64,000 bases of DNA. Origin: Spirochaetota bacterium (GTDB lineage Bacteria > Spirochaetota > UBA6919 > CBDBPB01). The stretch covers positions 352,001 through 416,000 of the forward strand of contig CBDBPB010000004.1 in the NCBI GenBank assembly GCA_965208615.1, in the 5' to 3' direction. Of the stretch, positions 10,392 through 21,740 are shown piece by piece. The notes below the pieces were generated by a model. It was not told the DNA's origin. It searched no databases and was given only the letters and a program-made list of their open reading frames with translations. Position 1 is the stretch's first letter, and each line of letters begins with the position of its first letter. The translations under genes and the position numbers were made by a program.

Positions 10392-11501
10392 ATGGCTAAA
10401 AATAGAGGTTTAACTACTTCTAAAAAGGATAGAAGAATAGAAAGCAAAGGTCTAATCAAGTCAACTTTGCCAGAAAAGATTGTTCTAAAGCCTCTGAAAG
10501 AAGATACTGCTTTAAACGGAATTCAAAAAGTCGCTGCACTTCTTATAGCTTTAGGATCCGATGTTGCAGGGTTTGTTTTACAGCACTTGGATGAGGATGA
10601 AATACATTTAATTTCTAAGGAAATTGTTAATATTAAGAAAGTTAGCCCTAAACTAAAAAAGTCAATTATTAAAGAATTCAAAGAACTTGTTGACTCCGAA
10701 CAGTTTATTGTAAAAGGGGGAATAAATACTGCTAAAAACTTTATTCTAAAAGTTTTCGATAAGGAAAAGGCTGATAAACTTATTGTTGATATTAACAATA
10801 AAATAAATAAAAAACCATTCCAATTCCTTAATAAGGTGGAACCTGAAGAAATCTTTAGACTATTATGTAATGAACATCCACAAACTATTGCTTTTACACT
10901 ATCTTATCTATCGCCAAAAGTTAGCTATAGAGTATTAGAAGAGCTACCTCATAATATTAAGGTTTCGGTAGTAAAACGAATAGCAACATTAGAAGAGCCT
11001 ATTTCTCTTGTAATTAATGAAACTGAAAAGGTATTATCTAAAAAACTGTCCACACGGTCTGCTTATATACCAAAGGTAAATGGTGTAAATACTATCGTGG
11101 AGATATTAAATAAGTTGGATAGAGGTCTTGAAAAGGATATTCTAAATGCAATAGAAGAAGAAAGTGATGACTTGGCAGAAGAAATTAAAGAAAAAATGTT
11201 TTTATTTAAAGATATTAAGTGGCTAACAAATAAAGAAATTAGAATAGCTTTTGAGCTTGTTAACAACAAAGACTTGGCTATGGCCTTAAAAGGTGAAAGC
11301 CAATATATTAAAAATCTTATATTATCTAGTATATCAGCAAATAGAAAAAAACTAATTGAACAAGAAATAGTACTCCTTGGCGGGGTAAGGTATAGAGATG
11401 TTTACTCGGCTCAAAAAAAGATTATTAATCTTCTGAAATTACTGGATAGCCAGGGTAAGATTATTTTAAGGTATTCAACTTCTTCTGATATTATAGCTTA
11501 G
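10392..11501 (+). CDS. fliG: Flagellar motor switch protein FliG (stand-alone paralogue)
   Basis: QKVAALLIALG, GG, PFQFL, EHPQTIA, MFLF.D motifs. Confidence 0.9.
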   Translation: MAKNRGLTTSKKDRRIESKGLIKSTLPEKIVLKPLKEDTALNGIQKVAALLIALGSDVAGFVLQHLDEDEIHLISKEIVNIKKVSPKLKKSIIKEFKELVDSEQFIVKGGINTAKNFILKVFDKEKADKLIVDINNKINKKPFQFLNKVEPEEIFRLLCNEHPQTIAFTLSYLSPKVSYRVLEELPHNIKVSVVKRIATLEEPISLVINETEKVLSKKLSTRSAYIPKVNGVNTIVEILNKLDRGLEKDILNAIEEESDDLAEEIKEKMFLFKDIKWLTNKEIRIAFELVNNKDLAMALKGESQYIKNLILSSISANRKKLIEQEIVLLGGVRYRDVYSAQKKIINLLKLLDSQGKIILRYSTSSDIIA

Positions 11502-11523
11502 TTATTATATAAATTGTAATTTA

Positions 11524-12351
11524 TTAATCTGATATAAGCTCATCAATTTTGACTATAGTTTCTTTAGCACCCTCAGCAAAGCTAAGATTTGGTTTATAAA
11601 TATAAGGATCCCTAATATTTACTCGTATAATAATACAATTCCCAAGTCTACCTGCAATTTGCTCTGACTGAGATCTAACAGATGGTATAGCAGTACCAGC
11701 CCCACATTCTATAATAACAACTTTTTTTTCATGTAGTCCAGAAAGCCAATCCATATAGTTATTAGACTGTATTGTCTGTCTTGAACTGTCCCATTCCCAG
11801 TCTCCAAACATTAGAATATTTGGTCTGGCAAGAGCATTACACTTAGGACAAAGGGGTAGAGGACTAATTGCTTTCATAGTATAGTGATCCACCTCTATTT
11901 TATATTTACTGCTATTAAATACTTTCTGAGAACAATTAGCACTGCACTGCATATAGTGAATAGATCCATGAATTTCAATAATCCTATTGTTAGAAAAACC
12001 AGCCTTTTGAAATTGTCCATCTACATTGGATGTAAAAACAAAATATTTGTCAGATAGCCTATTCCCCCACTTTAAAAGTATATCAAAGCCAATATGAGGT
12101 TTTGTTTGCTTATATAGATTCAACCTGTGACCATAAAACCCCCATGCAAACTCTGGATCACTATAAAACCAACTAGGATTAGCCATATCAGTAAATCCTA
12201 ATCCCTTTTCAGCATAGGCAGGATAAGCCTTCCAAAATCCTTGTTTACCTCTAAAGTCTGGCAAGCCTGAGTCAACACCCATCCCAGCTCCTGCAGTAAT
12301 TAATAATGCATCTGCTTGATTTATTAGCTTAGCGGCTTGTTTATAATGCAC
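11524..12351 (-). CDS. Sir2-family NAD-dependent deacylase
   Basis: GAGMGVDSGLPDFRG, TSNVDG, HGS, CxxxC/CxxC zinc site, RPNILMF. Confidence 0.92.
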   Translation of the reverse strand: MHYKQAAKLINQADALLITAGAGMGVDSGLPDFRGKQGFWKAYPAYAEKGLGFTDMANPSWFYSDPEFAWGFYGHRLNLYKQTKPHIGFDILLKWGNRLSDKYFVFTSNVDGQFQKAGFSNNRIIEIHGSIHYMQCSANCSQKVFNSSKYKIEVDHYTMKAISPLPLCPKCNALARPNILMFGDWEWDSSRQTIQSNNYMDWLSGLHEKKVVIIECGAGTAIPSVRSQSEQIAGRLGNCIIIRVNIRDPYIYKPNLSFAEGAKETIVKIDELISD

Positions 12352-12612
12352 TTAATACTCCATTAACTATTTGTTATCATTAAATGTGGTTTATTATATT
12401 TATTAGAACGTTTGCTAACAATAAATCTATACTACTCAAATTAATAAAAAAGTGAAGCTTAAAATCCTTTTTTTTAAAATTGTTATCCATAATAAGTTAT
12501 TATATTAAAATATTACCCTATAAAATAAAAAATATAAAAATTAGCATGTTTCTTAAAGGCATTATTATATTTGAGTATCATTTAAAAAAATAATATTTGT
12601 TATGGTACGCTT

Positions 12613-13482
12613 ATGACCAGTATGACAGGTTATAGTTATATTGAAGAACTTTATGATGACATCCGCCTATCAGTGGAGATTAAATCACTAAATAATAGAT
12701 TCTTGGATATTAACATAGAAGCACCCTACTTTTTAACTCCATACGAACTGGAAATTAAAAAAATATTATCCGCTAAACTAAAAAGAGGTAAGATTGTTCT
12801 TAAGATTTATGTTAAAGAAAAAAACCCCAATGTGGATATTGAACTCGACCTTAACCTTGCTAAAAAATACTTGGACTACTTTAATAATATTATAAACGAG
12901 CTTAAGCTTCCTAATAACATTTCCCTATCACATTTTCTTAACTTAAACGGACTAATTAAAACTAATACTATTCCAAATGCCAATGAGATCTGGAAAAAAA
13001 TAGAAAATACCTTAAATAAATCATTATTACTCCTTACTAAACAAAGAGATAAAGAAGGTGAAAACACTAAGAATAACATACTTAGTATAATAGAAAATCT
13101 TAAACAAAATATAGAACTTATTAAAACTTTTATCCCACTTACTCTAGAAGAAGTATCAAAAAAGCTAAAAAATAAGCTGGACAGTATATTAAAGGATTAT
13201 AGTTATGATGATGATAGAATATTGATTGAAGCAGGTATTATAGCTTCAAAAAGTGATATTAATGAAGAGATTCAAAGAATTGACTCCCATTTATCCCAGT
13301 TTATAGAAATATGTGAATATACTACTCCTGTTGGCAAAAAGCTTGACTTTATTACTCAGGAAATACTTAGAGAAGTTAATACAATTAGCTCAAAAAGCTA
13401 TAACTTAAAAATATCCAAACTTGTAATCAATAGTAAAAACGAAATAGAAAAAATTAAAGAACAGATCCGTAATATAGAATAG
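12613..13482 (+). CDS. yicC: YicC/YloC family endoribonuclease
   Basis: SMTGY, EIKSLNNRFLD, DINEEIQR, GKKLDFITQEILREVNTISSK, KEQIRNIE. Confidence 0.93.
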   Translation: MTSMTGYSYIEELYDDIRLSVEIKSLNNRFLDINIEAPYFLTPYELEIKKILSAKLKRGKIVLKIYVKEKNPNVDIELDLNLAKKYLDYFNNIINELKLPNNISLSHFLNLNGLIKTNTIPNANEIWKKIENTLNKSLLLLTKQRDKEGENTKNNILSIIENLKQNIELIKTFIPLTLEEVSKKLKNKLDSILKDYSYDDDRILIEAGIIASKSDINEEIQRIDSHLSQFIEICEYTTPVGKKLDFITQEILREVNTISSKSYNLKISKLVINSKNEIEKIKEQIRNIE

Positions 13483-13564
13483 CCTATAATTATAAACCAT
13501 CCACCTAGTTGTCATAAGTTTAAAAGATGATTAACTTACTTATAAAATATTAAGTAAGGTATAA

Positions 13565-14467
13565 ATGAAAACTAAAGTTATTTTACTATTTGGTCCTACC
13601 GGTATTAGTAAAAGTTCCACTGCCATAAAACTGGCGTATAAACAAGGTGAAATTATAAGTGCTGACTCTATGCAAGTCTATAGAAAAATGAATATCGGAA
13701 CCGCTAAAGTCAATAAAGATGAACAAAAAAAAGTCCGCCATCACCTTATTGATATAGTTGATCCAGATTCTTATTTCTCCGCTCATCATTTCTATAAAAA
13801 AGCATTTAAACTTATAAATAGTATATCTAAGGTCCCATTTATAGTCGGCGGAACAGGACTATATTTTAAGGTGCTTATTCAAGGTGGATTGATAGAAGGG
13901 CTAAACAGGGATAATTCTATAAGAAAAGCTTTAGAAAAAACTTATGCCAACAAAGGCTCTGAATATCTATATAATCGTTTGAAAAAGGTCGACCTTAATA
14001 CTGCTATTAAAATATCTAAAAATGATAAAAAACGTATAATAAGATCACTAGAGGTATATGAGCTTACAGGTAAGCCTATATCTGAGTTATTGAGCCTTCA
14101 AAAGAAAACTGAACCTTTTAACTTTTTGAAGATTGGACTAACTATGACTAGAGATAAACTGTATGAAAAAATTAATATCCGGTGTGAAAACATGATAAAA
14201 AATGGACTTATAAACGAAGTTAAAACCTTAAAAGATTATGGATATCCCCCTAACCTCATCTCTATGCAGGCTATTGGCTATAAGCATGCTTATAAATACC
14301 TTGATGGAGAGCTTGAATACGATGAAATGATAGGCCTTTTTAAACGCGATACAAGACGTTTTGCAAAAAGACAGTTCACCCTGTTTAGTAAATTTGAAAA
14401 TGTAAACTGGTTTCATCCTGATCAGCTGGATGATATAGACAATCTTATAAAAGTATTTTTAAAATAG
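13565..14467 (+). CDS. miaA: tRNA dimethylallyltransferase
   Basis: GPTGISKS, SADSMQVY...IGTAK, VGGTGLY, TRRFAKRQ. Confidence 0.96.
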   Translation: MKTKVILLFGPTGISKSSTAIKLAYKQGEIISADSMQVYRKMNIGTAKVNKDEQKKVRHHLIDIVDPDSYFSAHHFYKKAFKLINSISKVPFIVGGTGLYFKVLIQGGLIEGLNRDNSIRKALEKTYANKGSEYLYNRLKKVDLNTAIKISKNDKKRIIRSLEVYELTGKPISELLSLQKKTEPFNFLKIGLTMTRDKLYEKINIRCENMIKNGLINEVKTLKDYGYPPNLISMQAIGYKHAYKYLDGELEYDEMIGLFKRDTRRFAKRQFTLFSKFENVNWFHPDQLDDIDNLIKVFLK

Positions 14468-14526
14468 CTTTAAGCTTTTCATTTGTACTTTATCTTATAA
14501 AACATGGTTAAATACCAAAAAGCTCT

Positions 14527-15621
14527 ATGGAGGATAGATTAATGACTGCGGGATTGATTTTAGCTGGCGGCTATGGAGAAAAACTATGGCCCATGAGTAA
14601 ACTTGATAAACCTATGCAGTTCCATAAGATTTATAGTAATCGTTCAATGTTAAGGGAAACTTTCATAAGACTAAATTATTTTTTATCAGCCAATAATATC
14701 TTTGTTGTGACCAATGAAAGATATATTGATCAGATATACAATGAACTTCCTGAAATAAATAAAGAAAATTATATTTTTGAGCCTTCATCCAAAGGTACTG
14801 CTACAGCTATTGCATTAAGCTCTATTATCCTTGAAAAAAAATATCCAGGACTATCAATAATAGTATGTCCATCCAATAATATTATCACCAGTCTGCCTGC
14901 ATTTAAAAATGATATAGAAAATGCAATTAGAATCGCTGATCACAGCTATTGTCTAGTTACATTTGGTATCAAGCCTACTAAAACAGATACTTCCTACGAA
15001 TACATTAAAATAGGTGATAGAATATATGACGAAAACGGATATCAGGCTTATGAGGTAAAAAAGTTTGTTATAGAACCCACTTATAAAGACGTCATAAACT
15101 TTATTGACAACAAAGACTTTTTATGGAATACTAAAATCTTTATTTCTAAGGCACAAGTATTTTTAGAAGAAATCTCTAAGTTTATGCCAAATCTATATAG
15201 TGCTATGCTCGAAATTGAAAGCTATTCTGGAAAGATTAATGAATCAAAGGTTAAAAATGAAATATACTCTAAATTAAATAACATATCTATTGAGGCAGGT
15301 ATATTTCAAAAAACTAAAAATCTACTATGTATAAAACCTAACTTCCATTGGGATACTATAAATTCATGGACTTCTTTATCCAAAGCTCTTAGCAGTGATG
15401 ATCAAAATAACATACACTCAGGGCAGGTTATAAACATTGATACAAGTAATTCTATAATTTTAGGTGATAAACATACTCTAATTGGTGCTATTGGTATTAA
15501 GGATATTATAGCTATTAAGGTTGGTGATGCTCTTCTTTTATGTAACAAGGATAATGATAGTAGATTAAAGGAGCTTATTGATAAAATTAAAAAAGATAAA
15601 TCATTAGACAGCTTTTTATAA
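14527..15621 (+). CDS. Mannose-1-phosphate guanylyltransferase-like protein (degenerate motifs)
   Basis: ILAGGYGEKLWPMS, FGIKP, left-handed beta-helix tail; several catalytic positions substituted. Confidence 0.75.
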   Translation: MEDRLMTAGLILAGGYGEKLWPMSKLDKPMQFHKIYSNRSMLRETFIRLNYFLSANNIFVVTNERYIDQIYNELPEINKENYIFEPSSKGTATAIALSSIILEKKYPGLSIIVCPSNNIITSLPAFKNDIENAIRIADHSYCLVTFGIKPTKTDTSYEYIKIGDRIYDENGYQAYEVKKFVIEPTYKDVINFIDNKDFLWNTKIFISKAQVFLEEISKFMPNLYSAMLEIESYSGKINESKVKNEIYSKLNNISIEAGIFQKTKNLLCIKPNFHWDTINSWTSLSKALSSDDQNNIHSGQVINIDTSNSIILGDKHTLIGAIGIKDIIAIKVGDALLLCNKDNDSRLKELIDKIKKDKSLDSFL

Positions 15622-15821
15622 TAATTTATTTACGCTGGATCTGTTATTATATCTTATTAATTTAACTTTTTATGCTTGATACTTGATAAGTATTATTTAA
15701 TATGTTATATTAACCACTTTAAAATAAATAATCATGTTATACTTTTTTTAAAAAAAAACAATATACTAAAACTAATAAAAATATTTATTTTATATAATAC
15801 TATATAAAAAAAGGAGAATAC

Positions 15822-15917
15822 ATGCCATCTGGAAAAAAGCGTAGGCGAGCTAAAATCTCAAAACACAAAAGAAAGAAAAAGAGACGAGCAAATCGCCATA
15901 AAAAGAAGTTGAAGTAG
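15822..15917 (+). CDS. AURKAIP1/COX24 (bS22-like) small basic ribosomal protein
   Basis: Manual translation MPSGKKRRRAKISKHKRKKKRRANRHKKKLK; AAGGAG RBS; missing from ORF track. Confidence 0.88.
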   Translation: MPSGKKRRRAKISKHKRKKKRRANRHKKKLK

Positions 15918-15936
15918 TTTCTAATAGATTTAAACG

Positions 15937-16000
15937 GTTTAAAGTTCATTTATCCTTTAGGTATTCTAAAAAACCTTAAGAATAAGTGAATGCTTTAAAC
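15937..16000 (+). terminator. Long imperfect hairpin after the bS22-like gene
   Basis: GTTTAAAG-TTCATTTAT...ATAAGTGAA-CTTTAAAC arms. Confidence 0.45.
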
Positions 16001-16029
16001 ATATTCCTATAGCAGCTTTAGAGGAAGTA

Positions 16030-17184
16030 ATGATTTCTAAACAAGCTAGTAATACTAAGCCATTTACCGTTATGGATATATTAGAACATGCTCAGGAGTT
16101 AGAAAGACAAGGGCATAATGTTATACACTTGGAAATAGGAGAACCTAATTTTAAAACTCCTAAACCTATTATTGATGCTAGTATTAACGCTATTAAAGCT
16201 GGGAAAACTACATATACACATAGTCTTGGTCTAATCGAGCTAAGAGAAGCAATTACCGAACACTATTATAACAAATATAAAATTAATATTTCCCCTGATC
16301 AGGTCTTAGTTTCATCTGGTACATCACCTGCGATGCTTATCCTATTCCAGACTATCCTTGAAAAGGATGATGAGTTTATTATCTCTAATCCATATTATCC
16401 CTGTTATCCTAATTTTGTTATTGGCGTTGGCGCTAAGGCTGTACTGGTTGACGTTTTAGAAGATGAAGGCTTTCAGTTCAACATTAATAATCTAAAACAA
16501 AATATCTCCCCTAAAACAAAGGGTATCCTTATAAACTCTCCTGGTAATCCTACTGGAGCAATATATAAAAAAAAAAGATTGGAAGAAATTAGCAATATTA
16601 ACTTTCCGTATATAGTATCTGATGAGGTTTATCACGGACTCTCATATGATAATAACAAAGAACATACTATGCTTGAGTTTGCTAATAATGCTATAATAAT
16701 AAACGGCTTTTCTAAGCTATATGCAATGACTGGTTGGAGACTAGGATATGTAATTGTACCCAAAGATCTTATACGTCCATTACAAAGACTCCAACAGAAT
16801 TATTTTATATCGGCTAATAGTTTTGTCCAATGGGCTGGAATAGCGGCTCTTAAAGAAACTTCTAACAATATTAGCTCTATGAAAAAAGAATATAATGAAC
16901 GTAGAATATATATGATAAATAGGCTAAGATCAATGGGATTCATTATTAAGCATGAGCCTAAAGGTGCATTTTATGTTTTTGTTAATGCGAGGCATATTAA
17001 TCCTGATTCTAAAAGTTTAGCTTTTTCTATATTAAACAAGGTATACCTTGGAGTTGCCCCTGGTATTGACTTTGGTAAAAATGCTGAAGGCTATTTAAGA
17101 TTTTCTTATGCTGGCTCACTAGAAAATATAAAGATTGGGCTTAATAGACTAGAGAAGTTTATTAAAAAGCATACCACTAACTAA
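16030..17184 (+). CDS. PLP-dependent class I aminotransferase (aspartate aminotransferase-like)
   Basis: IGEPNF, NSPGNPTG, SDEVY, GFSKLYAMTGWRLG. Confidence 0.95.
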   Translation: MISKQASNTKPFTVMDILEHAQELERQGHNVIHLEIGEPNFKTPKPIIDASINAIKAGKTTYTHSLGLIELREAITEHYYNKYKINISPDQVLVSSGTSPAMLILFQTILEKDDEFIISNPYYPCYPNFVIGVGAKAVLVDVLEDEGFQFNINNLKQNISPKTKGILINSPGNPTGAIYKKKRLEEISNINFPYIVSDEVYHGLSYDNNKEHTMLEFANNAIIINGFSKLYAMTGWRLGYVIVPKDLIRPLQRLQQNYFISANSFVQWAGIAALKETSNNISSMKKEYNERRIYMINRLRSMGFIIKHEPKGAFYVFVNARHINPDSKSLAFSILNKVYLGVAPGIDFGKNAEGYLRFSYAGSLENIKIGLNRLEKFIKKHTTN

Positions 17185-17424
17185 TTATAATTTAAATCTT
17201 TTTATAACTATTAAAATTAAAGTAATATATTGCTAAAAGTTACTTATAAAAAAGCTAGCTTAGGGTTTATATAATAAAATATGTTAAAAAATATTAACTA
17301 ATTTTTATAGAGTTTTTTTTACATAACTACCTTTATAATTTATTATTATTTACCTTAAAGGTAATTCTAACAATATATATATTAATATTATTAACAATTA
17401 AACTATTTTACTGGTGGCAAAAAC

Positions 17425-19980
17425 ATGAAAACAATTAAAACATTTAAAGTTAGTCCTTCTATCCCTAAACGTCTTCAGCCTCTTTTAAAGATTGCATATA
17501 ATCTTTGGTGGACATGGAATCCTCAGGCAATGGACCTACTAAGACAGATAGATGTTATATTATGGACTAAATATAATCATAACCCCATTCAGCTATTACA
17601 CTCTATATCTCAAGATAAGTTTAAAGAATTAGAGGAATCTGAGAGTTTTTGTTCTAATATGGATATGGTAGAGGTTGAGCTTGATAGTTATCTACTAAGA
17701 CATTCAACTTGGTTTAGCAAAACTAATAATTCAAAAAGTGATTTTAAGATAGCCTATTTTTCTGCTGAGTTTGGTCTTCATGAGTGTCTGCCAATATATT
17801 CAGGGGGACTTGGCGTTTTAGCTGGAGATCATTTAAAATCTTCGGATGAAATTGGACTACCTCTTATTGGAGTAGGCTTATGTTATAGACAAGGATATTT
17901 TCACCAATTACTTAATGCTGATGGATGGCAACAAGAATTCTTTCCTGAAAATGATTTCCATAGTATGTCGTTAAAGCCAGTTAATGATGATAATAATAAT
18001 CCTATTCTTATTGATGTTGATTTCCCTGGTAGAAAAGTATATGCTAAAATATGGGAGGTTAATATTGGTAATATATCGCTATTTTTACTTGATAGCAATG
18101 TTGACGCTAACTCTCATGAGGATAGAGAAATAACTGCGAGGTTATACGGCGGAAACGAAGAAACCAGAATCAAACAGGAAATTATATTGGGTATTGGAGG
18201 TGCTAAATTTCTAAAGATTATGAAATTTAATATTACCGTATTCCACATGAATGAGGGACACTCTGCATTTCTTGCTGTAGAACGTATTAAACAGGTTATG
18301 AATGAATATTCTCTAACTTTTAATGAGGCAAAAGAACTTGTTTCTGCTACTAATGTTTTTACTACTCACACACCTGTTCCAGCTGGATTAGATAGATTTG
18401 CTCCTCAACTAATAGATAAGTTTTTTTCTAATTACTACGGTAGTCTTGGAATATCCCGTGATGCCTTTTTAGCATTAGGTAGGTCTAATATTCACGATCA
18501 TAATGAACCTTTTAGTATGGCGATTTTAGCCTTATCTCTTTCTTATATGGTTAACGGTGTTAGCAAGCTCCATAGAGAAGTCTCAAAAAGAATGTGGAAT
18601 AAGCTTTGGCCTGATGTACCCTTTAAAGAAATTCCCATAAGCTCTGTCACAAACGGAATACACCTTAGATCATGGTTATCTGATGAAATATCAAGGCTAT
18701 ATGATAGATATCTGGGTAGAAGATGGTATGAGAATACTCTAAACTCTGAGATGTGGAATAGAGTTATTGATATTCCAGATACTGAGTTATGGCGTAGTCA
18801 GGTTAGGTTAAAAGATCGATTAATATCATTTGCCAGATTTAAATTAAAATCCAAATTAAAGCGTGTTGGCGCCCCACAGTTTGAGATTAACAGGGCTGAT
18901 GAGGTTTTGGATCCAGAAGCTTTAACTATTTGTTTTGCAAGACGATTTGCCACTTATAAGCGTGCTATCCTTATTTTGAAAGATAAAAATCGACTAAGTA
19001 ATATATTGAATAATAAAAAGCATCCTGTTCAACTTATATTCTCTGGTAAGGCACATCCACATGATAACGAAGGAAAGGAATTTATTAGACAACTAATACA
19101 CCTAACCAGAGATGAGCGTTTTAGAACAAGGATTATGTTTATTGAAGATTATGATATGAATATTGCTAGATATATGGTTCAGGGTGCTGATATTTGGCTT
19201 AATACTCCAAGAAGGCCTTTAGAAGCCAGTGGAACAAGTGGTATGAAAGCCGCTATTAATGGTGTCCTTAATTTGAGTATCCTTGATGGATGGTGGTGCG
19301 AGGCATATAATTCTGCTAATGGATGGGCTATTGGTGGTGGGGAGGTATATGATGATAATAATTACCAAGATGACGTTGAAGGTAATGCTCTATACGATCT
19401 TCTGGAATATGAAATTATACCGACTTATTATAGACGCGGTCCTGAGGGGATATCAAGAACTTGGATAGCTAAAATGAAGGAATCTATTAAATCTATTACT
19501 CCGGTTTTTAACACTAATAGAATGGTTAGTGAATATGCCAAAGAGCTTTATTTCAACACTAATAATAATTACTTGCAATTCACCCAAGATAATATGGATA
19601 CCCTTAAGAAGTTTGCTATATGGAAGGATAACGTAATAAAATTGTGGTCTGGAATAAAAGTAGGGTCTATAGACTACAAACAACAAAAAAACTTTATTGT
19701 AGGAGAAGAAATAGAAATTACTGCAAAAGTTGAATTAGGAAAGTTATTTCCTAAGGATGTATCTGTTGAGTTATATTATGGTCCCCTTGATGGAAAAGGA
19801 AATATTGATAGTGGAAATACGCTAACAATGCATCATAAAGGAGAGGAAAATGAACTTTTCCGTTATTGCGGTAATATAAAGTGTATTCAATCTGGTCAAT
19901 ATGGTTTTAGTGTTAGAGTATTACCATACCATAAAGATCTTGTTAATAAGTTTAATCCTCACCTTATAAAATGGGGATAA
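17425..19980 (+). CDS. glgP: Alpha-glucan (glycogen) phosphorylase
   Basis: YSGGLGVLAGD, HMNEGH, ARRFATYKR, EASGTSGMKA. Confidence 0.96.
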   Translation: MKTIKTFKVSPSIPKRLQPLLKIAYNLWWTWNPQAMDLLRQIDVILWTKYNHNPIQLLHSISQDKFKELEESESFCSNMDMVEVELDSYLLRHSTWFSKTNNSKSDFKIAYFSAEFGLHECLPIYSGGLGVLAGDHLKSSDEIGLPLIGVGLCYRQGYFHQLLNADGWQQEFFPENDFHSMSLKPVNDDNNNPILIDVDFPGRKVYAKIWEVNIGNISLFLLDSNVDANSHEDREITARLYGGNEETRIKQEIILGIGGAKFLKIMKFNITVFHMNEGHSAFLAVERIKQVMNEYSLTFNEAKELVSATNVFTTHTPVPAGLDRFAPQLIDKFFSNYYGSLGISRDAFLALGRSNIHDHNEPFSMAILALSLSYMVNGVSKLHREVSKRMWNKLWPDVPFKEIPISSVTNGIHLRSWLSDEISRLYDRYLGRRWYENTLNSEMWNRVIDIPDTELWRSQVRLKDRLISFARFKLKSKLKRVGAPQFEINRADEVLDPEALTICFARRFATYKRAILILKDKNRLSNILNNKKHPVQLIFSGKAHPHDNEGKEFIRQLIHLTRDERFRTRIMFIEDYDMNIARYMVQGADIWLNTPRRPLEASGTSGMKAAINGVLNLSILDGWWCEAYNSANGWAIGGGEVYDDNNYQDDVEGNALYDLLEYEIIPTYYRRGPEGISRTWIAKMKESIKSITPVFNTNRMVSEYAKELYFNTNNNYLQFTQDNMDTLKKFAIWKDNVIKLWSGIKVGSIDYKQQKNFIVGEEIEITAKVELGKLFPKDVSVELYYGPLDGKGNIDSGNTLTMHHKGEENELFRYCGNIKCIQSGQYGFSVRVLPYHKDLVNKFNPHLIKWG

Positions 19981-19989
19981 AAAGTTATC

Positions 19990-20658
19990 TTAATAGTTTA
20001 GCAGGTCTTTTATAGTATTAATAAATGCAGGGTAGTCATTATTCTTAAAAAAAGCACTGCCCATAACTAAAATATCTGCTCCACTTTCTACAACTTTATT
20101 TATTGTAGAAAGGTTTATGCCGCCATCTACTTCTATTAGGGTATTTAGACCTTTAGACGTAATCTTTTCTTTTACTGCACTAATTTTAGGTATGGTTTCT
20201 TCGATTAGAGATTGTCCTCCAAATCCTGGTTCTACAGTCATAATCAAAACCATATCCAGATAGTCAAGATAGGGATATATTTTATTAATAGGAGTATTGG
20301 GCTTTACAGAAAGGGCAAATTGTTTATTTTTATCTTTTACCTGTTTGATTAGGCTATCAATGTCTTTTACCGCCTCTATGTGAAATGTGTATATATCTCC
20401 TCCACTATCCAAAAACTGTTTAGCCCATCTATTAGGGTTTTCTATCATTAAGTGGACATCAAATGGAATATTAGTATATTTTCTTAAGTCCTTAATGAAC
20501 TTAGAGCCAAAAGTTAGATTAGGGACAAAGTGATTATCCATTACATCAAAGTGCAAATAATCCACTTTTGCTTTTTCTAGTTTGACAATTTCTTCTTTAA
20601 TAGAAGAGAAATCGGCTGACAGCAAAGATGGAGCAATTTTTAACATATTATTTTTCAT
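19990..20658 (-). CDS. rpe: Ribulose-phosphate 3-epimerase
   Basis: IAPSLLSADF, HFDVMDNHFVPN, MTVEPGFGGQ, VDGG. Confidence 0.97.
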   Translation of the reverse strand: MKNNMLKIAPSLLSADFSSIKEEIVKLEKAKVDYLHFDVMDNHFVPNLTFGSKFIKDLRKYTNIPFDVHLMIENPNRWAKQFLDSGGDIYTFHIEAVKDIDSLIKQVKDKNKQFALSVKPNTPINKIYPYLDYLDMVLIMTVEPGFGGQSLIEETIPKISAVKEKITSKGLNTLIEVDGGINLSTINKVVESGADILVMGSAFFKNNDYPAFINTIKDLLNY

Positions 20659-21740
20659 TTTAGACTATAACTTAAATGCTTATTATTGTTAAGATAAACA
20701 GTTACCTTTGCTTTTCCTAATACTCTAATCCATTCAACTATCTTTTCTCCTATATTTTTATATCCCTCAAAAACAGTTATTTTATTGCTATTATCCTTAA
20801 CCTCTATTTTGACCATAATCTTTTTATCCAGTTTAGTTAGTTTGCTGTTATCAGAGTCATGATATGACATAGGAACAATAAACTTTATCATTTTGTAATT
20901 ATTTAGTGCATTTTTTATGTCATTGTTAACCACATGCAAGGTAATACTTTCGCCCTTAAAAAGCTTAGTACCTGGATTAATACTTTGTTTAGTAATTTTA
21001 CCAAAGTTTTTATGGTCGCCTTTAACCGTGATAATTTTTACAAATATATTTTTATTTTTTAGTATTTTAGTAACTGGCTCAATATATTTGCCTATATAAC
21101 TAGGAAGCTTAATATAGTTATTTTTTCCTAAGCTAACCTTAAAGTTAATGTATGTATATTTATTAATTAGAGTTTTTTCTTTTGGATGCTGATCAATAAT
21201 AGTTCCTTTAGGAAACTCGTTATGATTTACAAAAATAGCATTATCTAATATTAACAAGTTTATTGCTTGTGGATCAGTTTTATTATTTTGCAGAGTATTA
21301 TTTATTTTATTGAGTTTTTTTTTATTTAGTAATTTATGAGAGTCAACTATTTTTTTATTATGGAGAGACTTTTGCACTTGAACAAAGTTTTTGCCAATAA
21401 AGTTGGGAACTTTTAAACTTTTATCCCCTATTGAAACCTTGAGTACAATATCTCTATTATCTCTAATGGGAATTCCAAAAGTAGGAGTTTGGCTTATAAC
21501 TTTATATTTAATAAATTCTTCATTTAATATAGGTATAACTTTTATATTTATATTTGTATTTAAGGTTTTATTAATTTTTTCGATTTCGTAATAAACATCC
21601 AAGATATTCATTCCTACAAAGTTAGGGACTTGTGCTTTTTTATCTTCTTTTTGAATACGGCTTATAGTATACAAAGCCACCGAACTTACTATAATAACTA
21701 CTGCTACAAGGACTAGGATGTATCCTAGATATTGATTTTA
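20655..21740 (-). CDS. PASTA-domain protein; N-terminal TM anchor lies upstream of the annotated start
   Basis: VPNFVG/VPNFIG/LPSYIG...Q.P PASTA repeats; in-frame hydrophobic stretch YILVLVAVVIIVSS upstream of 21680; true start uncertain (possible frameshift). Confidence 0.8.
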
